From: Octopus vulgaris
Lineage: Eukaryota
Assembly: GCA_951406725.2 (NCBI GenBank)
Contig: OX597818.1
Coordinates: 86,428,001-86,492,000 of the forward strand
DNA: 64,000 nt
Reading direction: 5' to 3'
The position numbers and the translations under genes are program-made. Positions 38,346-53,439 of this stretch are shown one piece after another. Within the stretch, counting starts at the first letter, position 1; the number at the start of each line of letters is the position of its first letter. A model generated the notes under the pieces. The model saw only the letters and a program-made list of their open reading frames with translations, searched no databases and was not told the origin of the DNA.

Positions 38346-38574
38346 GGTTGCTGATCAATGTAATCCACCATGCTCTCGCTCTAAAATTACTGGCATTTTG
38401 CCAAAATTTGAAGCAATTAGTGCGGCTGTTTACGCTCAGAATTCAAATTCTGTCGACGTCACCTTTGCCTTATTTCGGAGGTCGACGATATAAGTACCAG
38501 TCGAGTATTGGGGTCGATGTAATCGACTATCCACCTCCTCCAAAATTACTGGTTTTGTGCTTTTAGTTTCAAGG

Positions 38575-38643
<69 letters not shown>

Positions 38644-38751
38644 CCTGCTGCTGCTACTACTACCACCACCACCACCTTCCATGCTGCAATTGTTTTTGTT
38701 TCAGCACACGATCTCAGATCAAGTCACTTGCTATGCAAGTACATCTCCGTA

Positions 38752-38801
<50 letters not shown>

Positions 38802-39029
38802 ATATATATATATATGTATTTATATATATGTAACTTAGCTATTCGGAAAACGAGAACGGCTGAATAAATACCGAAATTAGACGAGAACATAATTTCTGGG
38901 GTTGATTTGTTCAACTGAGCCATTCATGGCGATGTCCCAGCATGGGCGCACTCTAATGACTATCCCAGTAGTGTATGATAAGTATCAGTGGTGAAAAATT
39001 CCTTCTAAGTCTTAATATTTGTACGATTA

Positions 39030-40010
39030 AAAGGCGGCAGAATCGTTAGCACGCCGAACGAGATGCTTAGCAGTATTTCGTCTGCCGTTACGTTCTGAGT
39101 TCAAATTTCGCCGAGGTCGTCTTTGCCTTTTATCCTTTTGGGGTCGATAAATTAAGTACCAGTTATGCACTGGGGTCGATATAATCGACTTAATCGTTTC
39201 TCTGTCTTTGTTTGTCCTCTCAGTGTTTAGCCCCTTGTGGGTAGTAAAGAAATAGGTGTTTCGTTTGTCATTACGTTCTGAGTTCAAATTCCGCCGAGGT
39301 CCACTTTGCCTTTCATCTTTTCGGGATCGATAAATTAAGTACAAGTTGCGTACTGGAGTCGCTCTAATCGACTGACCCTCTCCCCACAAATTTCAGGCCT
39401 TGCGCCTAGAGTAGAAAATATTAATTTTAGAAAGCGCCGTGCTGGCAGAATCGTTAGCACGCCGGGCGAAATGTTTAGCAGTATTTCGTGTCTTCACATT
39501 CTGAGTTCAAATTCTGACATGGTCGACTTTGCCTTTCATCCTTTCAGGGCCCATTAAATAAGTGTTTATCCCCTCTATGTTTAGCCTCCCGTGGGCAATA
39601 AAGAAATAGATATTTATACCACTAAAAGGCGGTGAGCTGGCAGAATCGTTAGCACGCCGGGCGAAATGCTTGGCGGTATTTCGTCTGCCGCTGCATTTTG
39701 AGTTCAAATTCCGCCGGGGTCGACTTTGCCTTTCATCCTTTTGGGGTCGATTATATAAGTACCAGTTACGCACTGGGGTCGATATAATCGACTTAATCCG
39801 TTTGTCAGTCCTTGTTTAGCCCCTTGTTGGTAGTAAAGAAATAGGTATTTCGTCTGCCGTTACATTCTGAGTCCAAATTCTGCCGAGGTCGGATTTGCCT
39901 TTTATCCTTTCGGGGTCGATAAAATAAACACCAGTTGAGCACTGGGACCGATTTAATCGACTTACTCCACCCAGAAACTAATAGCCTTGTGCCAAAATTT
40001 GAAATCAATA
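39030..40010 (+). mobile_element. Cluster of family B SINEs including two composite units
   Basis: Heads at ~39033, ~39436 and ~39628; tail-to-core junctions at 39254/39255 and 39843/39844. Confidence 0.92.
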
Positions 40011-41019
40011 TTTCTGCCACTAACACAATTATCAGAAGTATTTCTACAAGAACTTTCGTTTCTTTTACTATGTTGTTCTTGTTATTTCTCGTAGATACCT
40101 CCATGCTTGACCTATCTCGATTACTTGTATAATTTAGTTAATTTTTACGCCAAATTTATTGACTTTAGAAAATGTGTTTGACATAGTTATCGGCATAAAT
40201 GTCACTGGCATTATAAAAGCTACTAAGTTCCTAAGAAAAATTAATTTCAAGAAATAAAAAAAATACCGTTCGTTTAAGCTTAGTATCATTCATGTGTAAT
40301 AGATAAAGAGCTAATTATGTCGTTATCGAGTATATAGCTATTTCCTGTATTTTTTAAGATGGTATTCATGGAGTTTATAGTAAATGGGAATGAAATTGAT
40401 GCAAGTGTTCTCGAAGAGTTATTCCGCTCGAATGTACTTCTATATCAGCTGTGTGCAGTGCAATTCTGTCAACCACCAAACATATGTTAGCTTTCATGAG
40501 GTGATGATGGATGAAGTGGTCATTGCCTCGCATAATCAAAGCAAACGGTATCTTCAATTTATATTTGTTGCCTTCAGACATTTTATTGGTGAGGAGCTGG
40601 TCTTTCCATGCATGTAATCTATAATTATTTCTCTCCTCTATTAAACAGAAAATGTTTAGAAGGATAGCAATTCTTAATGGAATTATAAGTTCTATTGCGA
40701 TTATGAGTTCTAAGACTAATGTATGTTACAAGTTGTTCGGAAGGATGTATATAAATACCTTGAATCGACTTAAGTACATATTTGGTACTTATTTTATTTA
40801 CCGCTTGAGGGCAAAAGGTAGACAGGATTTGAATTTCAAAGTACAGATTCAGGACTAAATATTGTAAGGTATTTAGTCCGTTAAAGTGACGAGTTGGTAG
40901 AATTGTTAGAACGTCAGGCGAAGTGCATAGCAGGTTTTCTTCCGACTCTTTACGTTCAGAGTTCAAATTCCGTCGAAGTCAGTTTTGTTTAACTAAAATA
41001 AAAATTTTAGTATAATTAA

Positions 41020-41146
41020 CATTTCGCATAATTGTCCGTTTGAATAATTTTCATTCATACAATTTTCCATTCGAATAAATGTTTTTCGAATAATTGTTTT
41101 CGAACAATTATTTTCGAACGATATTCGAACGATAATCGATGTACCG
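41020..41146. repeat. ~15-bp TTCGAA-containing tandem repeats, probable DNA-transposon terminus
   Basis: Units such as TTCGAATAATTGTTT, ending in GATGTACC. Confidence 0.55.
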
Positions 41147-41638
41147 TTCAAGGAGAAAATTGTGATCTCAGTCAATTATATATCATAGATATCGGGTAAC
41201 CAAACACATGACTCATAGGGCGCAAGAAAAAAGATGAAAAACGAAGGCTATTACTGTGAAGGCCTAGTGGTTAGGACGTCGCACTCACAATCGCGAGATT
41301 GAATATTCGACTCCCGAACCAGGCGGCGTGTTATGTGCTTGAGTAAAACATTACATTTCACGTTGCTCAAGAGCTGTGTGGTACCAGCATGTCAAAGAAA
41401 ATAGACAACTTTTCATATGCATATTGCAAAAGGCGACAAAAAGAGGTTGAAGTAGGATTCGCATTCCGACCTTCTAAAAGCCTCACCAGCAGCGACTACT
41501 CAAACAGATCAATGACTTTGAGGATCGTCGCCTGAGTGGTGCAAAGGTCTCACCCGCCAGGGGTAAGGATTCTCCAACAAATGGTGGCTGCAGCTACGCG
41601 CTGTTACAGTGCCCCATACCACCACCACCACCACTACA

Positions 41639-41696
<58 letters not shown>

Positions 41697-41819
41697 TTGG
41701 GCCACTGCTGTAGTTAAGATTCGAAATACCATTGATTGCACTGAGTAACAAGATTTTTGTCCTTGTGTAGCAATTGATATTGCCTCTTTGCTAACCCCTA
41801 GAAAGTGTGAAAAACGACC

Positions 41820-42022
41820 AATATTTCCTTCAAACTTTGCTTTTGCTACGTAAATTCAAAACCCGAAGAATCCCTCTTACGACACGGCTATGATGCTCCC
41901 TCACTACTCCTGTTCATGATCAGGGATGCACATATTGTCAGCTACTAAGGTGCATGTTCATGTGACTAAAGTCAAGCAGCTGACAAGCTCATCCGTGGCA
42001 TTAAGCAGAATATTTGCTATTA
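41820..42022 (-). mobile_element. Fragment of the repeat family at 54685-55240
   Basis: ~200-bp reverse-complement match to ~54785-54955. Confidence 0.75.
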
Positions 42023-42768
42023 CGATATTTGTCGGTTAAGCAACCCAGTGCCGAGTTTTTCTGAATTGTAATGGAAAATAGGTCAGTTTCAAAACATAGA
42101 TGTCCATGTCATAAAACCATTCCTATGATTTCTCGTCAGAAACAAATAGGAAATAACACTTGCTATCCAAAGACAGAGAATAAAAATAAAATAAATTATA
42201 TTACAGAATGTTACTATTGTTTACCTTCAAGCAGATGAAATCAAATATTTTACAGTATTTAGTTTGGATCTTATAAAATTCGGAGTTTAAATTGTTAACA
42301 GGGGCGAGGTCAAATCTGCCTTCCATCAAACTCTATAATTATAAAATGGCATCTCTAGTAAACCGAGCTCATTCAGTCGCTTATAAACCATTTCTACTAA
42401 CTTGTGGCCTAGCTCCAATGTAATAAATCATTAGCTTTAATATTTAAACAATGCTCTTCATTATCGACATCGCCAAATTTGTACAAATCCTTCAAGAGAA
42501 GGAGGTTAGTTCAATAAAAGACCCAGATGATTCCGCATGCATCCTTCTATTTAAAGAGAACTGTCCGAAATCTGTCAACTGAAGAATAACTAACAATTTA
42601 AATATACAGACACATGTACATACATGCATCCATAAATATATATATATATAATTATATATATATATATATATACACACATGCATGTACATATGCATACATA
42701 CACAGGCACAAACACACAGACTACGAATAGACATATTGACTATATATGATTTTGTGTGAGTGAATGAG

Positions 42769-42841
<73 letters not shown>

Positions 42842-44268
42842 ACGTGTGTGTATGTGTGCGGCTGTGTAAGCGCTGACACTTAGGTAAAATGTGCTGTGAA
42901 AATCAATTGATAGCTATGATTAGTGTTGTAGGATAATGTCTAAGAAGAATGTTTGATTCCAGTATACATTAACGCTGCTCATATTTCTTTCAACAAATAA
43001 ATGATTCGGCAGCAATAACTTATCAAGTGGTAGGTGGTAGTTGTAGTAGTAGTAGTAGTAGCAGTAGTAATAATAATAATAACAGTAATAATAATAGCTC
43101 TTTCAAGAGAGGAAATTGGGTGAATTAAAGGGTTTTAAATCGTGTGACAAAAGCGAAAAGCTTGTGATTATCACTGAAATATAAATAAGAGAGAGAAACG
43201 AATACATACCGAACAATCAACTCGGCAAACATTTTGACAATGTATATTGTTGACAATAAGAACTGGAGACAGTGTGAATATTTATAGAAGTCCTGAATGT
43301 CCTCCAGTATATTTATAAATAAGTGATAAATTGTTCAGAAGCAAATTAGATCAACGTAGATAAAGAACGCGGTTCATTGCACTAATATAATGTCATAGCC
43401 TCCATTTTATGTTTCTTTCTTTCTTTCTTGTTTTGTTTTCTCCGCCATTTTTTTCTCTCTCTCTCTCTCTTTCGATCGACATACTTTTAATTTGATTAAT
43501 TTACCGTAGTATGAAGTTAAAAAGTCATACAAGTAGCATTAGTAATTAAGTATAAATGACTCGCATACTGTGTCATCCAACAACTTAACGGAAACATCTT
43601 ATGGACACAGCCATCGTTAAGTTCGACAAAACGCAAAACAAAGTAAAAAAAAACAACAACAACAATGTTTTATAAACACATCAATTGACGTAAATGATTA
43701 AACGGCTACATAAAAAAATAAATAATAAAAAATAATAAAAAATATAAAAAAAACGATTGTTGGCTAATTCCTATCAAATCCTTACATTAAAGCATTATTG
43801 ATTATTGGTTGGCGAATTCCTTCAGTCAGCATTATGACGCATTAACTGAGAGCAAAACCAACTGTTACTTTTATGTTTCGTTGTAAGCAAAACATATTTC
43901 TGTTTTTACAACGAAGGTTTTGATGTGAAATCGCTATATTAAAGACACAGAAATATAGCTTGTTTCACTCTCGTTTTATTTATTTTTTTTTTATTATGAC
44001 TATTTTGTACCGATACCACTGAAAGCTTTTGCTCTTTTTTTTTTTCTTTTCAATGTAGACATGGTTGTGTTGGTTAAGAAGCTCACTTTGATTCCACCTG
44101 GTTTTGGGTTCGGTCCCACTGTGCGACAACTTGATCAAGGCAAGTAGTGGCTTCTATTACAGCCTCGTTTCAGCCAGTACCTTGTGAGTGGATATGGTAC
44201 ACAGAAAAACAGAAAGATACCCGTCGTATGTATGTTTGTATGTTTGTATGTATGTATGTTCGTATGTA

Positions 44269-44352
<84 letters not shown>

Positions 44353-44361
44353 TCTATGTTC

Positions 44362-44860
44362 ATTGGGTCATCCCATAAATAAAGCGGTTTTTATACTTCT
44401 TTTCTTTTTAAAAATTAAAATAAAGTTCTTTAAAATCTAAATTATGTTCTCTTTCATTTTCTACAAACCTCTTCCATCTATCTGGTAGACCCTTCCATCT
44501 ATCTGGTAAGGCCCTTCTTCCAAAATTCACTTGACGAACGGTACTCTTCCAGTACTACCCTGACCTCATCTACAGTATTCATATTTTCCGTCCAAATGAT
44601 GTTGAAGACTGCGGAATAAACGATAATCAGATGGGACAATGTCCGGCGAATATGGTGAGTGAGGTATCTTTTCTCATTCAGACTGCCCAGGCTTTAGAAT
44701 GTCATACTCGCTGTGTGTGACCGAGTATTATCCTGTTGGAAGAACGCCTTTCGTCTTCAAACCGAAGGTGCGTTAATATTCATCGCACTTTCCCTTGAGT
44801 TGTTACCTTTATTGAACTCATAAAGCAAAATATGCCGAATATGCTCCTTTGTCACGTCCA
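44362..44860 (-). mobile_element. mariner remnant with 3' terminus
   Basis: PHSPYSPDIVPSDYRLFRSLQHHLDGK..LPDRWKRFVE; end region TTGGGTCATCCCATAAATAA. Confidence 0.85.
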
Positions 44861-45109
44861 TTATGGCTTTGAAAAGCTATAATGTATATATACATACAGA
44901 CAGACACATAAACACACTCACATATATATGTTTGTACGCATGTATGTGTGTGTTTGTGTTTGCATATGTATGTATAAAGACATATATGTGTATGTATGAA
45001 TGTATGTATGTATATATATATATATATATATACATATATATATACATATATATATTTTTATATATATATATATATATATGTATATAGATATATATAAAAA
45101 GATATATAG

Positions 45110-45163
<54 letters not shown>

Positions 45164-45652
45164 CATACATACATATATAAACGTCAAATTGTGTGTATCT
45201 TTGTGCTTGTTATCCATAATCCACCACATGATTTTCTTAACTACAAAGTTATCTTTGCACCCAGTTACCTCCGAAATCAAGTACGAGTGACACAATGACA
45301 AAATGATTATAATTGACATCCTTAATGATGATATACGAGCTGTTGCCTATCAGAAATTAGAATATTTAAGACAGTTATGGCCAAACTGCTGCACACAAGA
45401 CTAATAATATTTCCTGCTATCGTGACCCCAAACTTTTGACTGTAACTGGTACTTCTAACAAGATATTACGTTGAAATTTTTTTTTTAATAATAACGCTGC
45501 CTGTCTGATTATGAGCCACTTCTCATGCAGCCCGCTTTCTCAAAGAATTACTGTCCATGTCTGATGTATAGTAACATGATGTTTCAGATTAAGAATCTCC
45601 TAATATAATAATGAGTGTATTGTTTTTATAAATTTGTATATGTATATATATA

Positions 45653-45715
<63 letters not shown>

Positions 45716-46561
45716 TTGTGCGGAATCACGGAGTAGGAGAAAGAGTAGTATAAAAGGGAGGAAGAGAGAAAATAGTAATTCAGTGAAGGATAAGTAGTGA
45801 GAGTAATAGCCATGACTGAGAAAGAGTGAGGGAAAGTTATAGCAATGAGAGAAAAGAAGTGGCAAAGAGCGCGTCGTGTATCTTCTGTTTTTCTCCGTCA
45901 CAACATATGAATGAGAAAGGAAGGGGTGATAGATGAATAACGAAGGAAGAGGTGAAAGAAAATCCGCGTTTTAACTCTGTGTGAAAATATGTATGTGTAA
46001 TAAAAGGAAGGTACGTGAATGTTTCTCTGAGTGTGTGTGGTTGTGTGTGGGGGTGTATGTGTGTGCAATGGAAACTGGATGGTGAACGTTCAACACTGAA
46101 AAGAAAAATCAAACAGCATTTCAACTCTGTTTCAGTGTATGTGTGTATGCGTGTGTATGTACAAGGAAAGTATGTGAATGTTTGCATCTGTGATTATTAT
46201 ATACCTTATTTTATACCTTATTTATATATGAAATACTACAATTAGCCGTCATTTTTGATGGTACGGAGTCAGCTAATAATAAGATATATGAAATAAGAAG
46301 GCGATAGAATCGTTAGCACAAAGAACGCTTAGCGTCATTTCTTCTGGCGCTTTAGCTTCTGAGTTTAAAACCCGCCGAGCTCTTTCGGGATCGATATAAT
46401 GAAATAACAGTCAAGTAGTAATGTCGATGTGATTGACTTGTCCACTCACCCCAAAACTGCTGTTCTTGCGGCGTAATATTTTGAGAGAATGTGGTGAGCT
46501 CAGTCATTTAAATTCCACGAAAAGTGCACAACCTACCTAATGAATCCTATGACTCAAGAAG

Positions 46562-46599
<38 letters not shown>

Positions 46600-47364
46600 A
46601 AAACGTTTAAAATATACATGGCTACAGTTATTAACGAAGTAATCGAAATATTAGTTATTTAACTAATTTGTCTTTTCCTCATCACATGATATGCATCTCA
46701 TATTAAGTTGCTGCTGCCTCTCTACATGAAATATGTTACTAACTTCCCATGAAACAGTCAAACTTGTGCGTGTCTATGTATGTGTATGTGTGTGCGTGTT
46801 TGTACGTGCGTGTGTGTGTTACAAATTGACTTCGAAATTGCACACACACAGGTAAATTATGGGTAATACGACGTCGAATGACAGTTGGTGGTGAGATCGA
46901 ATTTGTACCGAACCAATTTTTTTTGTTCTGTTATGTGTGTGTGTGTGTGTGTACACATTAAAATTTGATTGTGACTTCGAAGTTTGATAGTGACTTCGAG
47001 GTTGCTTCTCTTGTCAGCTTCCTCTAAGGAAATCTGATGACCGGCCAAAATTCGAATTCCCTATCGACACTTTCCTCGTGCAAATAATGTCCATACACTC
47101 CACATAGTTAATGAGCGCTTTATTTTTGTTGTTAAAGCTTGAATGTATTTTTTTCTTTATGTATGGTTATACAGAAAATTTACATGAACACACGCAGGCA
47201 TACACAACACATACAACACACACGGCACACGTACGAAAACACATACATACACATGAACACACACACACACACATAGATAGTAAGATACATACATACTTAT
47301 ATACATACATTGCTAACTACATACATACATAACTAGCTATATACATACATTGCTAGCTAGATAT

Positions 47365-47745
<381 letters not shown>

Positions 47746-48285
47746 CATATATACTATGCACAGCAGTGTATCATAATGATGCGAAACTTGCATATAGCTT
47801 AATATATTCAAAACTGAACCATAAGAAATATCGGAACCTGCTAATGAAGGTATGTCTCACAGACGCTTGCTTTCAGCATTTTAGAAAGCAATTCATTAAG
47901 CCTAACGCGTAAAACTTTAATGCCATCCAACCAGAAAGGTTACCGTTTCTTAGCGACACACATACCTGAACGCGAATGGAAATATTTTTCCGCAAAGTTC
48001 TCTATAGGATGTGCTTTCATCTTTTGCAGTCAATTTGTTCTTATTGCGTTCGCTTATGACTCTTTGATGGGAGACAAACTCTCCCGCTCTCACTCTGTCT
48101 CTCTCTCACACTCTCTCTCTCTCTTTCTTTCTTTCTTTCTCTCTTTCTCTCTCTCTTTCTCTCCCTCTGTTTCTCGCTACATATATATATATATATATAC
48201 ATATACACACATACATACATGCAAACAAACATAATACATACGTACAATACATACGTTCACACTATACACCCACTAAATATTGGTC

Positions 48286-48319
<34 letters not shown>

Positions 48320-48350
48320 GCACAAAGAAATACATAGACACACACACACA

Positions 48351-48406
<56 letters not shown>

Positions 48407-48421
48407 CATAATAATAATAAT

Positions 48422-48627
48422 AATCCTTTGTACTATAGGCGTAAGGCCTGAAATTTGGCGGAGGGGGATAGTCGATTACATCGACCCCAGTACTCAACTG
48501 GTATTTAATTTATCGACCCTGAAAGGATGAAAGGCAAAGTCGACCTCGACAGAATTTGAACTCAGAACGTAGCGTCGGGCGAAATGCCGCTAAGCATTTC
48601 ATCCAGCGTGCTAACGATTCTCCCAGC

Positions 48628-48662
<35 letters not shown>

Positions 48663-49090
48663 CCTTTCTACTATAGGCATAAGGCCTGAAATTTGGCGGA
48701 GGGGGATTAGTCGATTACATCGACCCCAGTACTCAACTGGTATTTAATTTATCGACCCTGAAAGGATGAAAGGCAAAGCCGACCTCGACAGAATTTGAAC
48801 TCAGAACGTAGCGTCGGGCGAAATGCCGCTAAACATTTCATCCAGCGTGCTAACGATTCTCCCAGCTTAATAATAATAATAATAATAATAATCCTTTCTA
48901 CTATAGGCACAAGGCCTGAAATTGTACATCGACCCAAGTGCGTAACAAGTACTTAATTCATCGACTCCGAAAGGATGAGAGGCAAACAAAGCTGACCTCG
49001 GCGAAATTTGAACTCAGAAGTAAAGAGCTGGAGAAAAAATGCTGCTAAGCATTTTCCCCGGTGTGCTAACGATTCTGCCAGCTCGCCGCT
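48422..49090 (-). mobile_element. Family B SINE copies separated by (TAA)n; first two form a near-perfect tandem duplication
   Basis: 48422-48629 and 48661-48869 are almost identical, including the same truncated head. Confidence 0.93.
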
Positions 49091-51203
49091 CTATACTGCT
49101 CTGATAAATGTGTAAAATTCCACGTGAATATCGAAAACTTCACGGTACAACAGAAGTTTGAAAAAATTAAGTACGTCAAGTGAAATGAACAGTCGTAAGA
49201 GAAAAACCAGGTTAATCGATGCTCTCAGACAGGCTGATGTGAAATGAAGCTATCACATGACAAACATTGCATGGCAGCCATTGTATTTATTTGTTTTACA
49301 CAAAGATACTTCAGTGATTCCAAATGAATAGATTCCAGTCTGTAAATGTAAAGCGTGTGCTTGAAATGATGTTCTTCATGATTGTGAACATACGTCAAGG
49401 TCTTTGATTTAGACTTGCTGAACGAGTAAATTATTTTATCACTTGAACGGAACAAATTTGAACAGGTCTTGTTATCATGAATATCTATGTCAAACATCCT
49501 GTGTATTCCTGCAGTGGTTAGAAAAAGAGAATATTATTATTTGTACACAACCAAGGAATACGAACAATTGAGAGATAGAGAGAGTAAGAAAAAGAGAGAC
49601 GGGGAAAGAGAGAGAGGGGGAGAGAAAGTGAGAAAGACGGTCGTGTAAGTGAAAATTGTTAAAGAAAGAATGCGAACAAAAAAGTTGTAAATTGAAAAAA
49701 AAAGAAATTGAATTAATCCATTTCATTCGGTTCTCTCTTTATCGCATTCTTGGACTCAACCTCATCATCATCGTCAGTGCTGTCGTCGTAGTCATCATCA
49801 TCATCATCGACGTCGTCGTCGTCGTCAACATTATATCTGAAGTTCTGAAATTCAAAGAGAGAACAATGTTGATTGCCATCACCACCACTACCACCAAAAC
49901 AACCACCACCAAAACAACCACCACCAACACCACAGTGATAGCTACGAATGCCTCGACTGCTACTGCGCATATATAAAGATAGTAAGGGACGCTAACTGCC
50001 AGCATATACCTGCTATCAAGAAGCTTGAAGAATGGCAACAATAATGTGCACCTCCCAGATCCTTATGATGATTCCTCAATAAAAGGGCAGGATGTTGACT
50101 CCAATTTGAGTCAAGAACTTGCCGGCTCATTGAGATCCGGCAAGGGCTTTAGCCAGACTGGAAGAGCATATGAAGAATGTGGAAGTAAAATTTATATCCA
50201 CCGACTCTATACTACTGGCGTCCTTATATAAGTCCAGGTACTAGTTGCCCCGGAGTAAGTCACTCGCATTCCCGTTTTTTTTTTTTTCTGTTTTAGAGAA
50301 AAGGAGCAGAGCTGGTGTTAACAGACGGCAGAAAATCTAAATGATTTGTGAGTGGAAATTTGAACCATCTCAAAGTCTTCTGCTATGCGGTGGAGAAAGC
50401 AAGACGCTTCACCGTTACTACTAATTCCATCGAAAGAGGCCTCTCCTGATACAGAGAGTGAAAACACTAATACAAACACACACCCACCTCGTTTCTCTGA
50501 CTCGGGCCTCACGAAATCAAAGGACCCGTCAAATGAAGGTCTGATGAACTTGCCCTCAAATGCCTTTATCTAGGATCAGGAATAAAAGGAAGTGTCGCCT
50601 CCAAATTGAAGGCGATGAGTCACGCCAGTAAAATAGAAAACACTTTTCAAAATCACATATCAAAAATACCAACACCACGATGCACTATAATGCCAACTGT
50701 TACGAGTACATTCGCAACCATAAATTCTTCAGATATAAAAATAAAAACAAACACTCGAAAAACAATATGTTCAACAGTCATGCACTCTCGTACATCCTTC
50801 TTTTATCAACTTCATTGTTGTTTAGAAGAGCAACATTGTATTGACTGAGGAAGTAATTAAGCCCCCAAAACATTCTGACAAGTGAAGGTCTCCACCGATC
50901 TCCTGAAAACACCATCGGACAGATTGTTTATACAGATAGATTCTGATTACGTTGACTTACCCTAAAAGAAACATCACCAGGATACCTGAGTGTTTAGTAA
51001 ATACCCACAAAAAAGCTTACTACAGCTTTCTCCCACTCCCCAGCCAAAAAAGAAGGCTATTTCAACGGGCATTTTCGTGGCTTCCTCATGGATCAAGGTA
51101 AATAGCGTCATCACTTTCTTTTCTCTAACGTAAATGTCTACACTTACAGTAGGGTATGTAAGTGTTTACGGCCGGGGTTAAGTTTAGAAGCATGGATGCT
51201 TAT

Positions 51204-51408
51204 TCATCATCATCATCATTATTGATTTAACTCAGGTTTGGTCTTGTTCCTGGCAGTATTTGTGTGAGTAGCGGATTACTACCTGAAACCTTGGGTATCC
51301 ATTAGCTTTCAATAGTCTTTCAAGTGCTTAGAACCTTCCTGTTAATATTTCCTGTCCCTAACAGGCAAACTTTCTGTAGAAGCACTACAGGAATTCTATT
51401 CCATTCTC
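51204..51408 (-). mobile_element. R4/Dong-type LINE 3' end
   Basis: PVVLLQKVCLLGTGNINRKVLST* plus 3' UTR ending in AAT/GAT repeats. Confidence 0.75.
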
Positions 51409-51734
51409 CTTCTTCTTCTTCTTCTTCTTCTTCTTCTTCTTCTTCTTCTTCTTCTTCTTCTTCTTCTTCTTCTTCTTCTTCTTCTTCTTCTTCTTCTTCT
51501 TCTTCTTCTTCTTCATATTCTTCTTCTTCATATTCTTCTTCTTCATATTCTTCTTCTTAATATTCTTCATCATCTTCTTCATCTTCATTTTCTTCTTCTT
51601 CATCATCATCTTCTTCTTCTCCTTCTTCTTCATCTTCCCCTCCTCCTCCTTCTTCTTCACAACTCCTTCCCCCTTTTCCCCTCCTTCTCCTTTTTCTTCT
51701 TTTTCTTCTTCTTCTTCTTCTTCTTCTTCTTCTA

Positions 51735-51794
<60 letters not shown>

Positions 51795-51819
51795 AATATT
51801 AATATTATTATTATTATCA

Positions 51820-52010
51820 TTGATTTTATAACTAGATTATAAGGATATTGTCTAGAGATTTGGGGACAAGTTGCCTCAAAACTCAAAACTCCTAAGGATT
51901 CTCACACAATACAGAATTGCACTTCGTATGCAGGTAGAAACTGTTGAGAATTCAGCATAGAATCATGTGTAGAAACATCAGCTAATATGGGTTGTATACA
52001 CTTTAGTTTG
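51820..52010 (-). mobile_element. Possible RLE-type LINE 3' end
   Basis: IRSAILYCVRILRSF* and a short UTR running into (TAA)n. Confidence 0.45.
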
Positions 52011-52094
52011 TATGTATGTATGTATGTATGTATGTATGTATGTATGTATGTATGTATGTATGTATGTATGTGTTTTATGTTTGTATTCTCATGC

Positions 52095-52320
52095 ATATAG
52101 TTGTGTGTCTTGACATGCTCATTTAAATACTTATGTGTTAAACTTCTGGAAAGTTTCACAGATTTTTACAGTTCCAATGATGGTTTTGAGAAGACTAATT
52201 TCTCAAGATTGGTATTTAGGCAGTGTATTACATATCCCAGTGTCCCAGTAGTTACAGGTATAAACCTGAGCTTGTATTCTAGATAGAGTAACTGTGGATC
52301 TCTCAATGGTTCAGCATATG
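52095..52320 (-). mobile_element. RLE-type LINE 3' fragment
   Basis: YAEPLRDPQLLY.EYKLRFIPVTTGTLGYV..CLNTNLEK..IIGTVKICETFQKF. Confidence 0.7.
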
Positions 52321-52355
52321 TATGTATGTACGTGCACGTATGCATGCGTACATGC

Positions 52356-52388
<33 letters not shown>

Positions 52389-53439
52389 TGTATGTATGTA
52401 TGTATGTATGTATGTATGTATGTTCGTATGTATACTTTTACAAATCAGTTCGTGCTTATCAAAATACTTGGAATCTACTTCGCCACAATTTAGTTATTGT
52501 TCAGTCAATGTAATAATAAAATTAATTGCAGACATTTATTCAATTACTGATATCAAATTCTTTACTGATATCCTTTCTTTATTTATTTACCAGTGAAGAT
52601 TCTCTTAACCTTCTGCAGTCATTCTGCGCACACATTTACTTGTTTTTACTAAATCAATCAACATGACTTTAAACAAATATGGCGCATGCGAAGAGCATGA
52701 GCAGGAGACAGAGAGAAAGGAAGAGAATTTAGTCTTATATGGTTTAACTCCATTTAGCAGTTTACTAAAATAAAAGGAGAAAATAGAACATATTTATAAA
52801 GTCTATTTTAACTGCATTCTACATTATAATTACTATCAACTCTGACATATGCAAAGATTTCATCTTAATTCTTTAATTGAGTATGCATTTATACTTCACT
52901 ATGCGCATTCTGATACAGCCACTCTCATACTCACCCCATTGTCCTCTTAGCGGATTAAATATCTTACATCATAATATTATTATCCAGAAAAGAATAATAA
53001 AAACAACCGATAAAATTAAATTACATTAGGCTTGTGGAATATTTTGACAATTCTTAGAAAAAACTTAAAGATTAAGAGCTTTATCAGTTCAGCTTTGCAA
53101 TGCGAAGACAAAAGTAGCAGGATGTCTAAGAGCTAAGAACACTCAACATAACTTGATTCTTTGTTATGTCATATCTGTGACGTAAATGATCTTATTAATT
53201 GCATTTGCTCGATCTGGCTTACTAATCCTCTGTCTTGTTTGTAACAACTGTGTTAACTTATTCTTCACAATGCCATACTTTACTAAATCCTAAATTTCCA
53301 GCCCATAGCCCATAGCCCAACCATACTACAAGACATTTGTATTAAACTGCAGTATAATGTACACTGTAGAGTATTGCATTTATGACTTAGAGAAGAGACG
53401 GGAACTGTTGATCAGCGAACGACATTATTTACCCTTTGT

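Noticed and set aside
37500-38493. 214-aa and 324-aa ORFs
   Set aside because: Read-through of (TTC)n/(TTA)n into a SINE fragment.
40375-40617. Short ORFs vaguely resembling a pogo-type DDE fragment
   Set aside because: No diagnostic motif or terminal repeats.
47034-47065. Isolated CTGATGA boxes (also near 24767, 50541, 53920 and 57149)
   Set aside because: No properly placed stem II, GAAA and NUH arrangement.
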